NCBI GenBank assembly: GCA_037441845.1
Contig: JBBIRK010000002.1
Span: 286,854-350,853, forward strand
Origin: Candidatus Zixiibacteriota bacterium
GTDB taxonomy: Bacteria > Zixibacteria > MSB-5A5 > UBA10806 > 4484-95
Reading direction: 5' to 3'
Length of the DNA stretch: 64,000 bases
In this document: positions 28,004 through 37,852 of the stretch, in pieces
How the letters are laid out: every line of letters starts with the position of its first letter
How positions within the stretch are numbered: the first letter of the stretch is position 1
Made by a program: the position numbers and the translations under genes
Notes under the pieces: generated by a model
What the model was told of the DNA's origin: nothing
Database searches by the model: none
What the model saw: only the letters and a program-made list of their open reading frames with translations

Positions 28004-29986
28004 TCAAGAACGTAAATTTTTCTTGACCCATTCCTCGAGACTTCCGGCCAGAATCAGTTCCTGAGCCGCTTCGCCGATCGGACCGATCGGGTATTTTTTC
28101 CCGGAGAATTCGACGGTCGAATGTCGGAAATCGATGGTCGCCATGACGCCGGTGCGCAGGGTCGGCTTGGCGGAACCGAATCTGGTTTTCAGTTCATCGA
28201 TCAGTTCGGGGGCGTCGATGGTGAGAAAGCCGTTGTTGAGCGCGTTGCGCTTATAGGTCTCGGAAAAGGAACCGGCCAGAACCAGGGCGATCCCCTTATA
28301 TTTGAGCGCGGTGGCGGCTTGTTCGCGGGAGCTGCCGGTGCCGAAATTGTAGCCTGAGGCCAGCAGATCGCCCTTGCGGGCGATCGCTACGAATTGCGGA
28401 TCGTAATTTTCCATGACCACGCCCGCCTGCTGCTCCGGGGTGAAATCGTCGATGTAGGTATATTTCCCGGGATAGATACCGTCGGTGTTCAGATTATCTT
28501 GATTGCAAAAAACGATTTCTCCGGTGAGAGTCTCGGGAAACCCCTCAACTATTCTGACTGCGGCGGTCGTCTGTGCCTTGCGGGCGGCGATTGAAGATTT
28601 GCCCACAGGTTTCAAGTTCCCCGGAAGGCGGATATTTTCAGGCATTTCGATATAACCGGCGACTGCGGAGGCGGCTACCACAGCGGGCGAAGCGAGATAT
28701 GCTTTCGAGTCCGGGGAACCCATGCGTCCCTTGAAATTTCGATTGGTAGCCGAGATGCCGACTTCACCGGCCTGCAATAAGCCCTTGCCGAGACCGATGC
28801 AGGGGCCGCAACCCGGCGGTAATGGAATAGCACCGGCATCCAGCAGATTCCGCCAGTCGCCGCGTTTTTCGGCCTCTTCTTGGATTTCGCTCGAGGCTGC
28901 GGAAATGTAGAACTCCACGCCCGGGGCGACTTTTTTGCCGGCTACCACGCGGGCAGCCTCGGCGATATCCTCCACCCGGCTGTTGACGCAGGAGACAAGG
29001 TAGGCTTTTTGAATCGCTATCCTCTGTTTACTAATCTGGGAAACGGGCGAGATTACTTTCACCGTATTGGGACCGCTGACATGCGGCTCGACGGATTCGA
29101 GATCGAAGACGATTTCCCGGGCATAAAAAGCATCGGGGTCAGCCGTCGGGATCTCTTTCTTGAGTTTTTCGATGCGCTCGTGGTTAAGCCGGGGATGCTT
29201 TCCGTTACCTTCGGAATCGGACGGCACGCCGGCCAGACCGCGCCTGGCGATAAAGTCAGCCCTGCGTTTGAGCCAGTCGAGAGTGATTTCGTCGATCGGA
29301 AAGATGGCTGCCAGCGCCCCCCACTCGGTGGTCATGTTGGCGATCGTGAGCCGCTGATCTATCGAAAGTCCGGCGATGCCGCCGCCGCAAAATTCGAGCG
29401 CGTGATTCAGAACCTCGTCTTTATTGAAGGTTCCGCAGAGAGCGATGATGACATCTTTGCCGGTGACGCCGGGGCGAAGTCTGCCGGTGAATTCGATTCT
29501 GGCCACCGGCGGAACCTGCCACCAGGTTCGTGTGGTAGCCCAAATGGCGGCTGCGTCCGTGCGCACGATCGGGGTGCCGAGGCAACCGAGTCCGCCGTAC
29601 ATATTGGAGTGGCTGTCGGAGGCGACAACCAGTGTGCCGGGCCAGGCGTAACCCTCCTCGCACATTATTTGATGACCTATCCCCCTGCCGGCGGGGTAGA
29701 AATCGACCCCCATGTTTTCGGCGAATTCGGCGATTTTATTGTATTTGGCCAGATTCGCCTCGCTCGTGTCCTGGACATTATGATCAAGGGTGACAACCAC
29801 TTGTCGAGGATCGGCGATTTTGGTGGCTCCGATGCTCTTGAATTTGGGGATAACCGCGCCGGTGTTGTCGTGAGTCATTACGTAGGCGGGGCGGATCGAC
29901 AGATAGTCGCCGGCTTTCACCTGGTGATCGGCCGCAAGTCCTACGGCGAACTTCTGGGCTATTTTTTCAACGACATTTTGTCCCAT
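28004..29986 (-). CDS. aconitase-family hydro-lyase, fused large + swivel domains (homoaconitase / IPM-dehydratase-like)
   Basis: Canonical aconitase motifs GHQ, SDSHS, SCVNSR and PGCGPCIG; C-terminal LeuD-like swivel domain. Confidence 0.85.
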   Translation of the reverse strand: MGQNVVEKIAQKFAVGLAADHQVKAGDYLSIRPAYVMTHDNTGAVIPKFKSIGATKIADPRQVVVTLDHNVQDTSEANLAKYNKIAEFAENMGVDFYPAGRGIGHQIMCEEGYAWPGTLVVASDSHSNMYGGLGCLGTPIVRTDAAAIWATTRTWWQVPPVARIEFTGRLRPGVTGKDVIIALCGTFNKDEVLNHALEFCGGGIAGLSIDQRLTIANMTTEWGALAAIFPIDEITLDWLKRRADFIARRGLAGVPSDSEGNGKHPRLNHERIEKLKKEIPTADPDAFYAREIVFDLESVEPHVSGPNTVKVISPVSQISKQRIAIQKAYLVSCVNSRVEDIAEAARVVAGKKVAPGVEFYISAASSEIQEEAEKRGDWRNLLDAGAIPLPPGCGPCIGLGKGLLQAGEVGISATNRNFKGRMGSPDSKAYLASPAVVAASAVAGYIEMPENIRLPGNLKPVGKSSIAARKAQTTAAVRIVEGFPETLTGEIVFCNQDNLNTDGIYPGKYTYIDDFTPEQQAGVVMENYDPQFVAIARKGDLLASGYNFGTGSSREQAATALKYKGIALVLAGSFSETYKRNALNNGFLTIDAPELIDELKTRFGSAKPTLRTGVMATIDFRHSTVEFSGKKYPIGPIGEAAQELILAGSLEEWVKKNLRS

Positions 29987-30117
29987 TCTGCATGCCTCTA
30001 CTCAGTAATAATCCCCGGCCGGAGTCCGCCGGCCAATAATGTTATTCCACGCATCGGCGAAAATAGGAATCGACAAAATGCAATTCAAGTAAAATCGAAT
30101 GCCTTGAAAACCGCCCT

Positions 30118-30732
30118 ATGAGTAAGAAAATAAAGGCCCGCAGCAATGTTCAATACCGCTTCATTAAGTATCATCAAAAGTGGTCGATATCAATAAGGGG
30201 CATAAACATTTATATCGAGAATCAATTGCGGAACGATATCATGTTGCCCAAACGCGACCAGAATCAGTTGATGGAAGAATTGTATCATCTGCAAAACTGC
30301 GAGATGGCGCTGGGCGTATTCTACGGCGAACTGGTGGCTTTATATCCCGAGGAGAGGTATTTCTGGGAAGAAGCCGTATCGGACGAGATAAACCACGCCC
30401 GCTGGCTGGGGAAATTGATAGTGTTGGTCAGCGGCATGATCGAATCGTTTTCACCGGGATCCTATCGCACGGAATTGCTCAAGACATTCGCCGAGGGAAT
30501 ATATCGGGAAGTCGATAGAATAAAGAACGGCGAGCATACGAAACGGGAAATCCTGGGATTAATTTTGAATTATGAGCGGTCTGGATTGGAGCTGAGGCCT
30601 TACGAGGTTGTTCATTCGTCTCTTCCGGAGTTTCAAGCGTTGGTGGCCTCGTTGAAACCGGAACTGGCGATTCATTGTAAAAGGCTCGTTGACTACGCCA
30701 GCCGGAAAATGCAAGTAGGCACGGGCGGTTGA
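30118..30732 (+). CDS. hypothetical protein, possibly ferritin-like (ExxH)
   Basis: EEAVSDEINHARWL-type ExxH motif; start uncertain, ATG at 30241 is an alternative. Confidence 0.35.
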   Translation: MSKKIKARSNVQYRFIKYHQKWSISIRGINIYIENQLRNDIMLPKRDQNQLMEELYHLQNCEMALGVFYGELVALYPEERYFWEEAVSDEINHARWLGKLIVLVSGMIESFSPGSYRTELLKTFAEGIYREVDRIKNGEHTKREILGLILNYERSGLELRPYEVVHSSLPEFQALVASLKPELAIHCKRLVDYASRKMQVGTGG

Positions 30733-30898
30733 GCCGCTTTCGATCGTTTCATCCGCATCCAATTCTCTATTCGGTTCCGCGACGGAACCGATCGGGCTGT
30801 CAATATCACCTGAGCACATATTGATTGAATCGGCTGTCGAATTTCGCTATTTTCGGGCGAAAACAAACGCTCGACGGATAAGCACGACGGAGGAGGAG

Positions 30899-32110
30899 AT
30901 GAATTTCGAATTCACTCAGGATCATCTGGCGACCACCAAATTGAGCCGCGATTTCGCGGCCAGGAACGTTCTGCCGACGATCAGGGAAAACGACCGCAAT
31001 TCGTATTTCGATAGAACGATTCTCAAGAAGATGGCGGAGGCTGATCTGCTCGGGATCTGTTTCCCCGAAAAATACGGCGGCGCGGGATTGGATTATATAT
31101 GTTTGGGGCTTGCCTGCGAGGAACTTGAATACGCGGATACCTCGGCGAGGGTGATACTCTCGGTTCATATCGGGCTCAATTCGCTTACGCTTTTGTCGTG
31201 GGGAAACGCGCAACAAAAAGAAAAGTATCTGGTTCCTCAGGTCAATGGCGAAAAAATCGGCAGTTTCGGATTGACCGAGCCGAACGCCGGATCGGATGTG
31301 GTCGGGATTCAATCCACGGCTGTCAAGCGGGGCGGCAAATACATTTTGAACGGCGAAAAGATGTGGATAAGCCTGGGGGACGTGGCCGATAATTTTCTGG
31401 TGTTCGCCTGGACCGATCAGGAAAAAAAGCGGGCCAGGGATCACCGGGGAATGTCGGCTTTTATAGTGGAACGCGCTTTTCCCGGAGTGACCACCGGCAC
31501 TATCCACGGCAAGCTGGGAGTAAGAGCAGGCAACACCGGCTGGATATCGATGCAGGACGTCGAGGTGCCGGAAGAGAATCTGCTTGGGCATGAGGGGGAA
31601 GGATTCGGAATCGCCATGTTTTGTTTGGAACAGGGGCGTTACACGGTGGCGGCGGGATCCACAGGGCTTATCAAGGCCTGTCTTGACGCCTGCGTGAACT
31701 ATTCCCAATCGCGTCGCACGTTCGAGGCGCCGATCGGAGAGCATCAATTGGTGAAGGAGATGATCGCCGGTATGGCGGCGGGGTACGAATTTTCCCGCTT
31801 GCTGTGGCTGAAAGCGGGCTGGATGCGCAACGCCGGTATCCGCTGCACGCGCGAGACGGCGTTGGCCAAATGGATAGCCTGTCAGGAGGCCGAAAAAGCT
31901 GCGGCGGATGCGGTTCAGGTCCACGGCGCTTACGGGTTCTCCGACGAATATCCGGTCGAGCGGTTTTACCGCAATGCCAAAGGTGCATCGATATACGAAG
32001 GAACAAGAGAGATCCAGAAATTGATGCAGGCCGATTACGCGCTCGGAATCAGACAAGATAAGCCGCGCAGAGTGAATCTCCCCCGCTGGCCGTTCGAGGA
32101 AAACGTGTGA
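30899..32110 (+). CDS. acyl-CoA dehydrogenase
   Basis: FGLTEPNAGSD ... YEGTREIQ motifs; start at MNFEFTQDH. Confidence 0.9.
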   Translation: MNFEFTQDHLATTKLSRDFAARNVLPTIRENDRNSYFDRTILKKMAEADLLGICFPEKYGGAGLDYICLGLACEELEYADTSARVILSVHIGLNSLTLLSWGNAQQKEKYLVPQVNGEKIGSFGLTEPNAGSDVVGIQSTAVKRGGKYILNGEKMWISLGDVADNFLVFAWTDQEKKRARDHRGMSAFIVERAFPGVTTGTIHGKLGVRAGNTGWISMQDVEVPEENLLGHEGEGFGIAMFCLEQGRYTVAAGSTGLIKACLDACVNYSQSRRTFEAPIGEHQLVKEMIAGMAAGYEFSRLLWLKAGWMRNAGIRCTRETALAKWIACQEAEKAAADAVQVHGAYGFSDEYPVERFYRNAKGASIYEGTREIQKLMQADYALGIRQDKPRRVNLPRWPFEENV

Positions 32111-32604
32111 GCGAAACCGCGGAAACGACGATCCTCGAAATCGAGGAAAAAGATAGGGAATGGATCCGGGCGATAATGGCCGGAACCTGGGGAAGCAGCA
32201 TTATTATAAGCCGGGGGAAGAAGCATCTTGCGGATCGATATCCCGGGTTCATTGCGAAACGGAATAATCGGAATTGCGGGTTTGCCGTTTATGAAATTAT
32301 AGAAGGGCAGTGCGAGTTAGTCGCCATGCGCAGCCTGATGGAGGGGGAAGGAATCGGAACGTTGTTGCTGAAAGCGGTGGAAGAAAAGGCGTTGCAAAAA
32401 CGATGTCGCCGGCTCTGGCTGGTGACGACCAACGACAACATTCCGGCGCTCGAATTCTACGGCAAGCGTGGATTCAGGCAAGTGGCGGTTCATAAAGATG
32501 CGGTGACTGGATATCGCAAGCTCAAGCCCGAGATACCACTTTACGGACACGGCGGCATACCGATAAGAGATGAAATCGAACTGGAGATCGATTTAGGCCG
32601 ATAG
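32107..32604 (+). CDS. GNAT family N-acetyltransferase
   Basis: Acetyl-CoA-binding segment EGEGIGTLLL ... LEFYGKRGF. Confidence 0.8.
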   Translation: MSETAETTILEIEEKDREWIRAIMAGTWGSSIIISRGKKHLADRYPGFIAKRNNRNCGFAVYEIIEGQCELVAMRSLMEGEGIGTLLLKAVEEKALQKRCRRLWLVTTNDNIPALEFYGKRGFRQVAVHKDAVTGYRKLKPEIPLYGHGGIPIRDEIELEIDLGR

Positions 32605-32676
32605 GCGGAATCGATGCGAAAAATCGAGGATCGACATTTCGCTGGAACGTGGTCGAAAATTTCGAAAAGATGGCGA

Positions 32677-33162
32677 TCAATCGGGCGGCAGTTCGATATC
32701 TTTCCAGGCCAGAGTGGCTTTGCCGGTTTTCAAGTTGAAAAAGTCGAGCAGCATCTGCCGGCAATCGTTTCGGGCGACACCGCTGACGATTTCGACGCCC
32801 GCCTGCCTTAGAAAATCGAATCTGGAGCCGCCGGCGCCTTTGAGAATGTCACGTTCGCCGAACACGACTTTTTTCATGCCGTAGTGGATTATGGCTCCGG
32901 CGCACATCGCGCAAGGCTCGAGAGTCGAATAAATCACGACGTCATCGAGCACGAAATCATCGCCGATTAAACCCGAAAGGTCACCCAGGCAATCGATCTC
33001 GGCGTGGCGCGTGATATCGATCGCCTGAATGCGGCGATTGTGGCCGTAAGCGACGATGCGGCCGTCTTTGACCGCCACCGCGCCTATGGGAACCTCACTT
33101 TCAGCAAGCCCCCGCCGGGCCTGATTGATCGCCTCCTGCATGAAAAATTCATCTTTTTCCAT
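32677..33162 (-). CDS. tadA: tRNA-specific adenosine deaminase
   Basis: HAEI ... PCAMCAGAI zinc motifs; start at MEKDEFFMQEA. Confidence 0.85.
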   Translation of the reverse strand: MEKDEFFMQEAINQARRGLAESEVPIGAVAVKDGRIVAYGHNRRIQAIDITRHAEIDCLGDLSGLIGDDFVLDDVVIYSTLEPCAMCAGAIIHYGMKKVVFGERDILKGAGGSRFDFLRQAGVEIVSGVARNDCRQMLLDFFNLKTGKATLAWKDIELPPD

Positions 33163-33398
33163 AACTTTCTTCCCTATTGAAATCCGTTGTTCCGTCGTTT
33201 TTCGATTTATACGATAAAAGCCGCGGTAATGCAAGGAATTGCTTGGGGAAAACAGCGGATCCATCCTCGGTAAAGTTCAATTCCGGGAATAAGCGGATTA
33301 CTTTAGACGAGCTGCCGAAACAAAACGGACATAACTCATGTTATCCGCAATCATATGGAACATATGGAAATTCCAAACAACGGGATTGGAGGCCGATG

Positions 33399-34478
33399 AC
33401 GACCAAAAGCAAATTGATAGGTATTATCACCGTGGCGGTTGCGGTTGCCGGAGCCGCCTATGCGTTACCGAGATTCGCCGCCCGGGCCGAGCAGAAATGT
33501 AATCTCTGCCATATCAGCCCGAACGGCGGCGGGATGAGAAACTCTTTCGGAGGACAATATTTCGCTCAGACCGAAATGGCCGCCCGTAAGGTCGATTTCG
33601 AGGATATCGGGAGGTTCGACCCGATGGTTTCCAACAGCATAGCGATCGGGGCGGATATCCGAACCTTGTATCATCACGACGAGGATACCGAGCAATCGAC
33701 TTTTTTCCAGATGGAGGGGAATTTTTACCTGACGGCGCAATTGGACGAACGATTTTCGGCCACTCTCAATCGTGGTTTGTATTCGGGATTCGAGGCCTAT
33801 GGACTGGCTTATCTATTGCCGTGGGAAGGATATATCAAGGCGGGGAAATTCCAGCCCGCTTATGGCTGGTACACCGACGATCATACGACGTTCGTTCGGG
33901 AGAAGATGCTTTGGCGTCCCGGTTCGTACGATACGGGGATTGAGATCGGTCTGCTGCCGCAAAATTTTTCGGCGTCGCTGGGGATTTTCAACGGATCATC
34001 GGGGAGTTTCGACGAAAACAAAAGCAAAGCGATGGCGGCGCGCGCCGAGTTGAGGCGGAATGTAAGCGGAATCGGATTGGGCTTGGGGGGATCCTATTAT
34101 TACAATCGACGGCCGGCGGCCAGGGTCGATATGTATGGTCCGTTTTACTATTTGAAAAGCGGCGCGCTGGTGCTGACCGGCGAAATCGGCTTGCTGGGCA
34201 CCGATTCGGACCATTCCGACGGCTCGGCTTTGGCGGTTTCGCAGGAAATCGCGTGGGAGATAAAACGAGGATATTGGATCAAGGCGCAATACGATTTTTC
34301 CGATCCCGATATCGATATCAAGAGCGGGGCGTCGGTCCGCTACGGCGCGGGGCTGCAGTATTTTCCGATTGGATTCGTCGAGATAGCGCCGCTGATCAGA
34401 TATTACGACGAGATCGATGCTTCGGGGAATCATGACGGGTATGTGGTTTTCGACGGTCAGTTGCACTTTTTTTTCTAA
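33399..34478 (+). CDS. outer-membrane beta-barrel protein with N-terminal CxxCH heme-binding motif
   Basis: SD GGAGG; signal peptide (AYA); CNLCH immediately after cleavage; amphipathic beta-strand pattern; C-terminal HFFF. Confidence 0.55.
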   Translation, partial: TTKSKLIGIITVAVAVAGAAYALPRFAARAEQKCNLCHISPNGGGMRNSFGGQYFAQTEMAARKVDFEDIGRFDPMVSNSIAIGADIRTLYHHDEDTEQSTFFQMEGNFYLTAQLDERFSATLNRGLYSGFEAYGLAYLLPWEGYIKAGKFQPAYGWYTDDHTTFVREKMLWRPGSYDTGIEIGLLPQNFSASLGIFNGSSGSFDENKSKAMAARAELRRNVSGIGLGLGGSYYYNRRPAARVDMYGPFYYLKSGALVLTGEIGLLGTDSDHSDGSALAVSQEIAWEIKRGYWIKAQYDFSDPDIDIKSGASVRYGAGLQYFPIGFVEIAPLIRYYDEIDASGNHDGYVVFDGQLHFFF

Positions 34479-34487
34479 GGAAACAAG

Positions 34488-34877
34488 ATGCTTAAGGGGA
34501 CGATATTTCTGATTATTTTCGGTTTGTTTTTCGCAGGCGGTTGTTCCGATTTCGGCGACAGGATAACAGACGGCCAGGACCCGGCCGACACGCTGGTATA
34601 TTTTTCGCGCGATATACAACCGATATTCAACGCCAATTGCGGCGGCTGCCATGTTGGAGGAAATCAAGGGGGATTGACACTGGACAGCTACGCCACGCTC
34701 ATGAAAGGCGGCGATTCGGGTCCGGTGGTGCGCGCCGGCTTGCCCGACAGCAGTCTTTTGGTCCAGCGTATCGAGGGAACGATCCAGCCGAGGATGCCGC
34801 TGGCCGGACAACCGCTGTCGGCCGCCGATATTCAAGCAATACGCCGCTGGATTCTTCAGGGAACGCACAATAACTGA
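34488..34877 (+). CDS. lipoprotein with Planctomycete-type cytochrome c domain (PSCyt1-like)
   Basis: Lipobox AGGC; IQPIFNANCGGCH ... LPDSSLL ... RMP ... DIQAIRRWI matches the PSCyt1 pattern. Confidence 0.6.
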   Translation: MLKGTIFLIIFGLFFAGGCSDFGDRITDGQDPADTLVYFSRDIQPIFNANCGGCHVGGNQGGLTLDSYATLMKGGDSGPVVRAGLPDSSLLVQRIEGTIQPRMPLAGQPLSAADIQAIRRWILQGTHNN

Positions 34878-34985
34878 ACTTTCGGGGAAAACGCGGTTTC
34901 ATCAATGACTCCGGCAGACCGCAGGCAAAAGAAGTAATGTCATTGAGGGCGTTCGGCCGGGGCGGCATTTATTGCGGTATCCGTA

Positions 34986-35014
34986 TTGACAACGGTACCG
35001 CTCCGTTGTAATAT
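34986..35014 (+). promoter_or_regulatory. sigma70-like promoter TTGACA-N17-TAATAT immediately upstream of kdsB
   Basis: Consensus hexamers; the kdsB GTG start is only 6 nt past the -10 box, implying a leaderless transcript if this promoter is used. Confidence 0.3.
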
Positions 35015-35019
35015 TATAT

Positions 35020-35766
35020 GTGCATAAAGTAATCGGAATAATACCCTCGCGTTACACCTCACGCAGGTTTCCGGGCAAGCCGCTGGCGCTGCTCGGAGGA
35101 ATCCCGATAATAATCCGGGTGTGGAATCAGGCGAAAAAATCAAGGCTCATAGAAAAGATCATGGTGGCCACCGACGATCGGAGGATTTTCGATACCGTCG
35201 TCGGTCACGGCGGCGAAGCGGTGATGGTCGAGGGGGATTTCGCCAGCGGCAGCGATCGGGTGGCCGCGGCGGCGCGGAAAATCAAGGCGGAAATAGTGCT
35301 CAATATCCAAGGCGATGAGCCGCTGATTCGGCCGGAGATTATCGACGCCGTGATCGGGCAGTTGATCGAAAACGAGAATGTATCGATGAGCAGCGCCTGC
35401 TGCAAAATGGAAGGCGAAGCCGGGCTCGATGATCCCAACGTGGTCAAGGCGGTGTTGGCGAAGGATGGAAAAGCGCTTTATTTTTCGCGCAGCCCTATCC
35501 CCTTTTCGGCGGATCACAACAAGGAAACGGATGCCAAGAGGAATCGAATCTGGTATCGGCATATCGGCGTTTACGGATTCCGCTATGATTTTCTTCAGCG
35601 ATTCGCCGCGCTCAAACCGAGTGAACTGGAGATTGCCGAGGGACTGGAACAGCTGCGGGCGTTGGAGAACGGATTCGATATATATTGCGCGATCGAAAGA
35701 CAACCGTTTTCGGGAATCGACACTCCGGCGGATATAAGCAGAGCCGAAAAAATGCTGGGTGGATAG
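35020..35766 (+). CDS. kdsB: 3-deoxy-manno-octulosonate cytidylyltransferase
   Basis: GIIPSRYTSRRFPGKPL; GTG start. Confidence 0.9.
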   Translation: MHKVIGIIPSRYTSRRFPGKPLALLGGIPIIIRVWNQAKKSRLIEKIMVATDDRRIFDTVVGHGGEAVMVEGDFASGSDRVAAAARKIKAEIVLNIQGDEPLIRPEIIDAVIGQLIENENVSMSSACCKMEGEAGLDDPNVVKAVLAKDGKALYFSRSPIPFSADHNKETDAKRNRIWYRHIGVYGFRYDFLQRFAALKPSELEIAEGLEQLRALENGFDIYCAIERQPFSGIDTPADISRAEKMLGG

Positions 35767-35771
35767 GAAAT

Positions 35772-37448
35772 ATGACATACACTAACAGTAATCGAACCAA
35801 GAACATATTTATCACCGGCGGCGTGGCCTCCTCGCTGGGCAAAGGGATCGCCGCGGCCAGCATAGGGTTGTTGCTCAAGTCGCGCGGGCTCGAAGTGAGG
35901 CTTCAGAAGTTCGACCCCTATATCAATGCCGATGCCGGCACCATGAATCCTTTCCAGCACGGCGAGGTGTTCGTGCTCGAGGACGGAGCGGAAACCGATC
36001 TCGATCTGGGTCACTACGAGCGGTTTATCGACGTGAATTTGAACCGCTTATCCAACGTGACCTCGGGGCAGATTTTCAACACGGTTATCCAGCGCGAACG
36101 CCGGGGCGATTATCTGGGGGCCTGCGTGCAGGTGATACCGCATATCACCGATGAGATCAAGTCCCGCTGTTCGTTGATCGCCCGCCAGGACGAAAACGTG
36201 GACGTGGTCATCACCGAAATCGGCGGCACGGTGGGCGATATCGAATCGTTGCCGTTTCTCGAGGCTATCCGTCAGATCGGGCTGGAGTCGGGACGGGAGA
36301 ACACCTTGTTCGTCCATTTGACGCTGGTGCCGTATTTGAGCACATCGGACGAACTGAAGACGAAACCGACCCAGCATTCGGTCAAGATGCTGAGGGAAAT
36401 CGGAATTCAGCCGGATATTTTGATCTGCCGGACGACCAAGCCGCTGTCGCGCGAAATAAAGAAAAAGATAGGGTTGTTCTGCAACATTCCTCCGGAGGCG
36501 GTGATCGAGAATCTCGATTGCTCGACCATATACGAGGTGCCGATCGCTTTTCACGCCGAGCTGGTGGACAATTTAATCGTGCATTATCTTAAATTGCTAT
36601 GCAAGGACTTGAGCCTCGAGCACTGGCGGGAAATGGTGCATCGGATCAAAAACCCCAAGCACAGCGTCAAAATCGCGATTTGCGGAAAATATATCAATTT
36701 GAAGGACGCCTATAAGTCGATAATCGAGGCGTTCATACATGCCGGCGTTCCGACCGAGACCAGAGTCGATCTGGAATGGATTTCCTCGGAGGATATCACC
36801 CAGGAGGGGGCGGAAAAATACTTGGCCGAGGTGGACGGCGTGCTGATACCCGGGGGGTTCGGCGAACGCGGTATAGAGGGAAAAATCAAGGCGGTGCAGT
36901 TCGTCCGGGAAAGAGGAATACCGTTTTTGGGGATCTGTCTGGGTCTTCAATGCGCGGTCATAGAATTCGCCCGCAACGTCTGCGGCATGGAAGGGGCGCA
37001 CTCTTACGAATTCAACGCCGAAACGCCGCATCCGGTCATTCACCTGATGGACGATCAGCGGCACTTGACAAGAATGGGCGGCACCATGAGACTCGGCGCC
37101 TACCCCTGTGTTTTAAGTTCGGGGACGGCCGCGGCCAAGTTGTATGGCAAGCTGAAATTCGCGGAGCGTCATCGCCACCGCTATGAAGTGAACAATGAAT
37201 ACCGGGAGCGTCTGTCCGGCGCGGGAATGGTGTTCTCCGGACTTTCGCCGGACAGCAATCTGGTGGAGATGATCGAGCTGCCATCGCACCCGTATTTCAT
37301 AGGCTGTCAATTTCATCCGGAACTTAAATCGCGCCCGCTTTCGCCGCATCCTCTATTCGTGGGATTGGTCAAGGCGGCGCTCGAATACAAGCGATCGAAA
37401 AAGGTCATGCAGGAGATTATCGACGATCGACAGGCGAGAAAAAGATGA
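35772..37448 (+). CDS. pyrG: CTP synthase
   Basis: IFITGGVASSLGKG; GATase domain GICLG...H..E; SD AGGAAA. Confidence 0.95.
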   Translation: MTYTNSNRTKNIFITGGVASSLGKGIAAASIGLLLKSRGLEVRLQKFDPYINADAGTMNPFQHGEVFVLEDGAETDLDLGHYERFIDVNLNRLSNVTSGQIFNTVIQRERRGDYLGACVQVIPHITDEIKSRCSLIARQDENVDVVITEIGGTVGDIESLPFLEAIRQIGLESGRENTLFVHLTLVPYLSTSDELKTKPTQHSVKMLREIGIQPDILICRTTKPLSREIKKKIGLFCNIPPEAVIENLDCSTIYEVPIAFHAELVDNLIVHYLKLLCKDLSLEHWREMVHRIKNPKHSVKIAICGKYINLKDAYKSIIEAFIHAGVPTETRVDLEWISSEDITQEGAEKYLAEVDGVLIPGGFGERGIEGKIKAVQFVRERGIPFLGICLGLQCAVIEFARNVCGMEGAHSYEFNAETPHPVIHLMDDQRHLTRMGGTMRLGAYPCVLSSGTAAAKLYGKLKFAERHRHRYEVNNEYRERLSGAGMVFSGLSPDSNLVEMIELPSHPYFIGCQFHPELKSRPLSPHPLFVGLVKAALEYKRSKKVMQEIIDDRQARKR

Positions 37449-37852
37449 AAAAATCGATTTTGCCGATTCTGCTGGCCGCTGCGATTTTCTGCGGCCCCGG
37501 GCATAAGGACGAAGAATCGGTCTTGGACGTCCCCTACCCTCCCGACAGCGAGGTGGTCTATTATCAGCAGCAATGTGATTCCGGATATCAGGATTACTGG
37601 ATGGATATCAAGGCGGTCAGTTCGGCGTTCATGTACAATTCGAAATACGCGTCGAGTCAGGTCAAGATAACTCAGTTGCGTATAAGGGAAGAAGAGCTGC
37701 TGAAAGGAACGGTCGAGGCATGGCTGCCTGACGTTTTGGTGGAAATTCGACTGGAGAGACGGTTCAAGAATCTGGGCAAGAAATCGATCTGGCAGGTGGT
37801 GGAGGTAAACGAGAAGCCGTGGCCGAAATCAGATTCAAGATCGGGCAAGTAG
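37445..37852 (+). CDS. hypothetical secreted/lipoprotein
   Basis: Signal peptide MKKSILPILLAAAIFCG; no other recognisable motif. Confidence 0.45.
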   Translation: MKKSILPILLAAAIFCGPGHKDEESVLDVPYPPDSEVVYYQQQCDSGYQDYWMDIKAVSSAFMYNSKYASSQVKITQLRIREEELLKGTVEAWLPDVLVEIRLERRFKNLGKKSIWQVVEVNEKPWPKSDSRSGK

